From: an uncultured Acidobacteriota bacterium
GTDB taxonomy: Bacteria > Acidobacteriota > Blastocatellia > RBC074
Length of the DNA stretch: 64,000 bases
Reading direction: 5' to 3'
NCBI GenBank assembly: GCA_963796275.1
Contig: CAWCKY010000006.1
Location: 1,504,001 to 1,568,000 of the forward strand
Shown in pieces: positions 60,250 to 64,000 of the stretch. The notes beneath the pieces are model-generated. The model had not been told where the DNA came from. It was given only the letters and a program-made list of their open reading frames with translations, and ran no database searches. The position numbers and the translations under genes are program-made. How positions within the stretch are numbered: the first letter of the stretch is position 1; each line of letters starts with the position of its first letter.

Positions 60250-62355
60250 TTAATCGCGACCCTGATAGGTCAAGACTTTCTTCGACGATACGTGTTTGAG
60301 CAACTCATCTTTTTTAAGAAAGTAACTCGATTTCATTTTGCTCTTGCTGAACAACTTCTCAGCCTGATCATCCCAGTGACCGGACTCCTTCAGATCGCTT
60401 TCGCCCAGCGGCAGGATCGTGAATGACTGCGGCGTTTTGGACATGACGACGACTTGAGTCGAGGTTTGCCCGCCGCGACCGACCATCTCGTTGCCGACCT
60501 TGCGAAAACTGATCGCCCTCGGGGTCGCCATCCCGGCTTCCTGCAGCGTTCCGCCGCCCACCGGATATGTCTTTCCGCCCTCACGGCCGGCGCGGAAATA
60601 TCTGCCATATGGCGCTTCGATCGTGCCGAAATTTGTCTTGAGCCACTCGATCCCTTTGTTGAAGGCCTTGATTATCTCTTCGTCTTTCATCGATTCCGGC
60701 GGAAAGACGGACCGGGCGAGCAGCTGATTGTCGAATCCCGTCTTAAAGGCGTAATACGCCAGCGCTCCCTTCGAATCAGCATCACTGCGGCGATTCCATT
60801 TTTGAATCAGGTCGTATACTTTTCCGCCATCCTCGGTCTTCGCGCCGTTCTTCTCCCAGGCTGATTTCAAGCGCTCCTGCCAGAGCTCGGCTTTGTAAAC
60901 TTCTGGGTTATATGCCAGGTCGATGGCCTGATCGATCGTCACCTTCTTAGCCTCGTCCAGTTGTTCGAGAGTCATGGCAGCGCGCTGGTGAGGCTGAACC
61001 TTTAGATAGTTATAGATATATGGGATCGCCGCATACTTCTCCCGCTGCAGAGGGCTATCTTTCATCATGGCATCCGGAGAGCAGTTGTTGTTCTGCATAT
61101 AACCCTGAGGCGGATTGGTGATCTGCACGAGGTCCGTGAACTGATGCAGGCCCTTCCATTCGCAGGCGGAGTTATTACCCGGCAAAGGCTTACTCGAATC
61201 GCAGCCCTTGCCGCGGATCGGAACCCGGCCATTGCGGACGTAATAGATGTCTCCCTGCACCGTGCCGACCATAATGTTTTGCGCCATCAGTTGTAGAGTG
61301 CTCAGCGCCTTCTTCATCTCTTCGAGGTTCTGCGCCTGATACATCTGGTATATCTGATCGCTGAGCCCCACCTCTTCGGAGTAGGGAATAGCCATCGCAT
61401 AGGCTTTATCACCGCGACGCGCGACGATCGGACCGTGGCGAGTGTAATCTATCGTAACTTCCCTTACCTTGAGCTCTTCCCCGTCCCTGACCTTGATCTG
61501 CTCTTTACGCTGCGTCATCTCGCGCCATTGGCCGTCGTATTTATATTGGGCCGGGCTGGCGGGATTTATCTCTTCCTCGAATATGTCGGACGTATCCGGA
61601 CCTCCTGTCGTCATAGCTACCGAGCACCAGCGGCTGTGGCCGAGGGACGGGAAGGGTATACCCAGGATGCTTACGCCCGAGGCGGCGAAATCGCCGGCAT
61701 AGATCCTCACTTCATAAAATCGAAACTCGCCGTACCAGCTCAGATGCGGGTCGATGACCGCAATCGGAGCATTCATCGCGGTTTTGGAGGGCGAGAGGAG
61801 CATCTGATTAGATCCGCGATAAGCGACCGGATCGGGTTTAATTCCCGCACGCTCGAGGTCATCATTCGCCTCGCCCAACGGCCAACCCCAGATAATGTAG
61901 CGACCGAGCGCGACGACCTGTGAGGGATGAAGCTCCGGCGCCCACTTCGGGACGCGTTCGGGATGCTCTTTCATAAATTGTTTGATGCCTTCCTGGTACG
62001 CTTCAAAGCAAGCCCGCATTTTGGGTGAGACCTGGCTATATTTTTCGCGCGAAATCGCCGCGTGCCTCCAGACGCGCTGCCGATAATCGTGTTGGAAAAA
62101 CTCGGGGCCGAATGCCTCCGACATCGTGCCTTCGGCTTTGCGGTAATTTTTCAGTAATTCCTCCAGCCGGTCCTCGGCCTGCGCATAACCGACCGCATAC
62201 GACGCTGCTTCGAGCGTCGGCGCGAAGATATGCGGCACGCCGAATTCATCGCGCAGTATTTCCGTCTCTTTGGCGATGGCCGAGCTTTTGTTAATGGGTT
62301 GGGTGCAAATGAAGATGAACAACACGAGTGAAAGTAATTTATATGCTTTAGTCAT
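60250..62355 (-). CDS. Penicillin acylase family protein (Ntn hydrolase, S45)
   Basis: Signal peptide, [20 protein letters not shown] beta-chain start, DPHL, HGP, QNNN. Confidence 0.9.
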   Translation of the reverse strand: MTKAYKLLSLVLFIFICTQPINKSSAIAKETEILRDEFGVPHIFAPTLEAASYAVGYAQAEDRLEELLKNYRKAEGTMSEAFGPEFFQHDYRQRVWRHAAISREKYSQVSPKMRACFEAYQEGIKQFMKEHPERVPKWAPELHPSQVVALGRYIIWGWPLGEANDDLERAGIKPDPVAYRGSNQMLLSPSKTAMNAPIAVIDPHLSWYGEFRFYEVRIYAGDFAASGVSILGIPFPSLGHSRWCSVAMTTGGPDTSDIFEEEINPASPAQYKYDGQWREMTQRKEQIKVRDGEELKVREVTIDYTRHGPIVARRGDKAYAMAIPYSEEVGLSDQIYQMYQAQNLEEMKKALSTLQLMAQNIMVGTVQGDIYYVRNGRVPIRGKGCDSSKPLPGNNSACEWKGLHQFTDLVQITNPPQGYMQNNNCSPDAMMKDSPLQREKYAAIPYIYNYLKVQPHQRAAMTLEQLDEAKKVTIDQAIDLAYNPEVYKAELWQERLKSAWEKNGAKTEDGGKVYDLIQKWNRRSDADSKGALAYYAFKTGFDNQLLARSVFPPESMKDEEIIKAFNKGIEWLKTNFGTIEAPYGRYFRAGREGGKTYPVGGGTLQEAGMATPRAISFRKVGNEMVGRGGQTSTQVVVMSKTPQSFTILPLGESDLKESGHWDDQAEKLFSKSKMKSSYFLKKDELLKHVSSKKVLTYQGRD

Positions 62356-62429
62356 AAAGGACTCCACAGGAAATGGTAGTCGGATGTCGGTCCATAGAAC
62401 TGAAACCGCCTTGGAATCGACAATGGCAA

Positions 62430-63638
62430 TTATTGATTACCGACAACCGGCCTCTCGACACCAGGTTTGGCCGCGGTAACGATCGTCGTTGCGATAAATA
62501 CTGCTATTGTAAAGAAAATCCCGCAGACCCAGGCCAACCAGGTGGGATGCAGTGCGATGATCCAACCGCCGAGTACGGGCGCGATGACCCGCGTAAAACT
62601 CTCGATCGATGTCATGGCCCCGAGCGCGCCGCCGCGACGATTCGCGGGCGTTGATTGAGTGACGAGGCTCGTTAAGGAAGGGCGCGATATCCCATGACCG
62701 AAAGAGAACAGGATGGCGACGAATCCGAGCTTCCACCAGACATTCACCGCCACCATGTAATACAGGCCGCACGCGCTGGCCAGGAGCCCGATCAAGAGCG
62801 CCTTGTAATCGCCGAACTGTTTTACGAACGGCCCGATCACCGCGCCCTGCCACACTATCCCCATAAAACCGACAAAACCCAGAAAATAACCTGCGTGTTC
62901 CGCGGTGAATTGAAGCTGCTGCTTCGCGTAAAGGGAGAACATCGTGACATAGATCGCAAACGGCATGGTCATAAAGAAGAAGACCATCAACAGCCGGCGA
63001 AGCTCGGGAATCTCCAGGTAATCGAAGACTCGCGTGTAGATCGCCATTCCCGACGGCCTCGTCTCATCGCGCTGGTGTTGCGTCTCGGGCAGGAGGAACA
63101 CGGTCGCCATTATGCTCGCAAATGAGATCGCCGCGGCAGCATAGGCCGGCACGTCATACCCGAAGCGAGAGAGGAAACCGCCGAGCGTCGGCCCGATCAA
63201 AAAACCGAGGCCGAACGAGACGCCGATGATCATCCCGAAGTTTCTGGCTCGTTCTTCCGGCTTCGTTATGTCACTGATATAAGCCTGCGCCACCGTCAGG
63301 TTGCCGCCTGACAACCCGTCAATGATCCTCGCCGCAAAAAGCCAGAGGAGCGGATTGGTAAGCTGAAGCGCCCACCCCATCAGGATGAACCCCAGACACG
63401 ACCCGATCTGGCTGTATAGCAGTATCGGCCTCCGCCCGTATCTGTCGCTCAAATGGCCCAGGATCGGAGCGGAAAAGAACTGAAAAAACGAATATGTAGC
63501 AATGAGAATTCCGATCGTCAGCTCAGAAGCGCCGAATGTCGATGCGTAATAGGGTAAAAGGGGGAGAATGATACTGAAACCTAGAAGATCGACGAAAACT
63601 ACGATAAAAATCGGAATAAGACGTTTATTACTCTCCAT
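62430..63638 (-). CDS. MFS efflux transporter (TetA-like, DHA1 family)
   Basis: [36 protein letters not shown]. Confidence 0.88.
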   Translation of the reverse strand: MESNKRLIPIFIVVFVDLLGFSIILPLLPYYASTFGASELTIGILIATYSFFQFFSAPILGHLSDRYGRRPILLYSQIGSCLGFILMGWALQLTNPLLWLFAARIIDGLSGGNLTVAQAYISDITKPEERARNFGMIIGVSFGLGFLIGPTLGGFLSRFGYDVPAYAAAAISFASIMATVFLLPETQHQRDETRPSGMAIYTRVFDYLEIPELRRLLMVFFFMTMPFAIYVTMFSLYAKQQLQFTAEHAGYFLGFVGFMGIVWQGAVIGPFVKQFGDYKALLIGLLASACGLYYMVAVNVWWKLGFVAILFSFGHGISRPSLTSLVTQSTPANRRGGALGAMTSIESFTRVIAPVLGGWIIALHPTWLAWVCGIFFTIAVFIATTIVTAAKPGVERPVVGNQ

Positions 63639-63864
63639 TTGATCTCGATAAAAATAGGGATTGTGAAAAGATTGAGATGGCAGTCTAAATCAAAAGCGGT
63701 GAGATTGAAAAGTGTTGTGAATTTAGTACCGCTCCTGTGCGCCAAGCTAAAGATTTAGCTGGCTCCTAAGCACCAATGGCGCGCGAATATAAGCGATACT
63801 GCGGACGAAATAAACAATTCGCCTGAGTTTGGAGTTCCGCGTTTACGCGGTCTTTCCTTTCCGA

Positions 63865-64000
63865 ATGCGATTTTCTAGGGGGCTACGCTTCGATTCACCC
63901 TGCGAGCGCGACGGAGAACAATTTGAACTCTCGGCCAAGGAGTTCCAATTACTTCGCTACCTCATCGAACATCGCGGAGCGACGCTCTCGCGCGATGAAT
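63865..64000 (+). CDS. OmpR/PhoB-type winged-helix fragment (3'-partial; no receiver domain upstream)
   Basis: Translation RDGEQFELSAKEFQLLRYLIEHRGATLSRDE runs off the window end. Confidence 0.6.
   Translation, partial: MRFSRGLRFDSPCERDGEQFELSAKEFQLLRYLIEHRGATLSRDE

Noticed and set aside
62430-63638. Bona fide tetracycline resistance gene
   Set aside because: Only family-level DHA1 similarity; no tetR or mobile context.

Overview
Gene-dense, moderately GC-rich bacterial chromosome segment. It is probably Acidobacteriota (inference from Acidobacterial-type VWA proteins, an Oar-like TonB receptor, planctomycete-type PSD1/DUF1501 genes and a membrane Ser/Thr kinase). It opens with housekeeping genes (partial glgA, trxA, trxB, purA), followed by about 19 kb of co-oriented, functionally unrelated accessory genes. 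The rest holds PSD1/DUF1553 cytochromes, xth, a CNNM/CBS protein, an acyl-CoA dehydrogenase, mgtE, a TonB-dependent receptor, amidohydrolases, a PlpD-like patatin, OmpA, a penicillin acylase and MFS transporters. Six genes are each split by a single +1 frameshift, most likely sequencing error. I recognised no rRNA, tRNA, CRISPR array or intact transposase. The notable non-coding content is: (1) a 276-nt remnant of a class C group II intron directly behind a terminator; (2) REP-like palindromes; (3) a pervasive family of hairpins built from inverted tandem 7-9-mer arrays. In that family the unit differs from locus to locus but the two arms are mutually complementary. It is duplicated around inserted DNA at two loci and appears to have inserted in-frame into one protein. 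All family assignments come from reading motifs, not from database searches.
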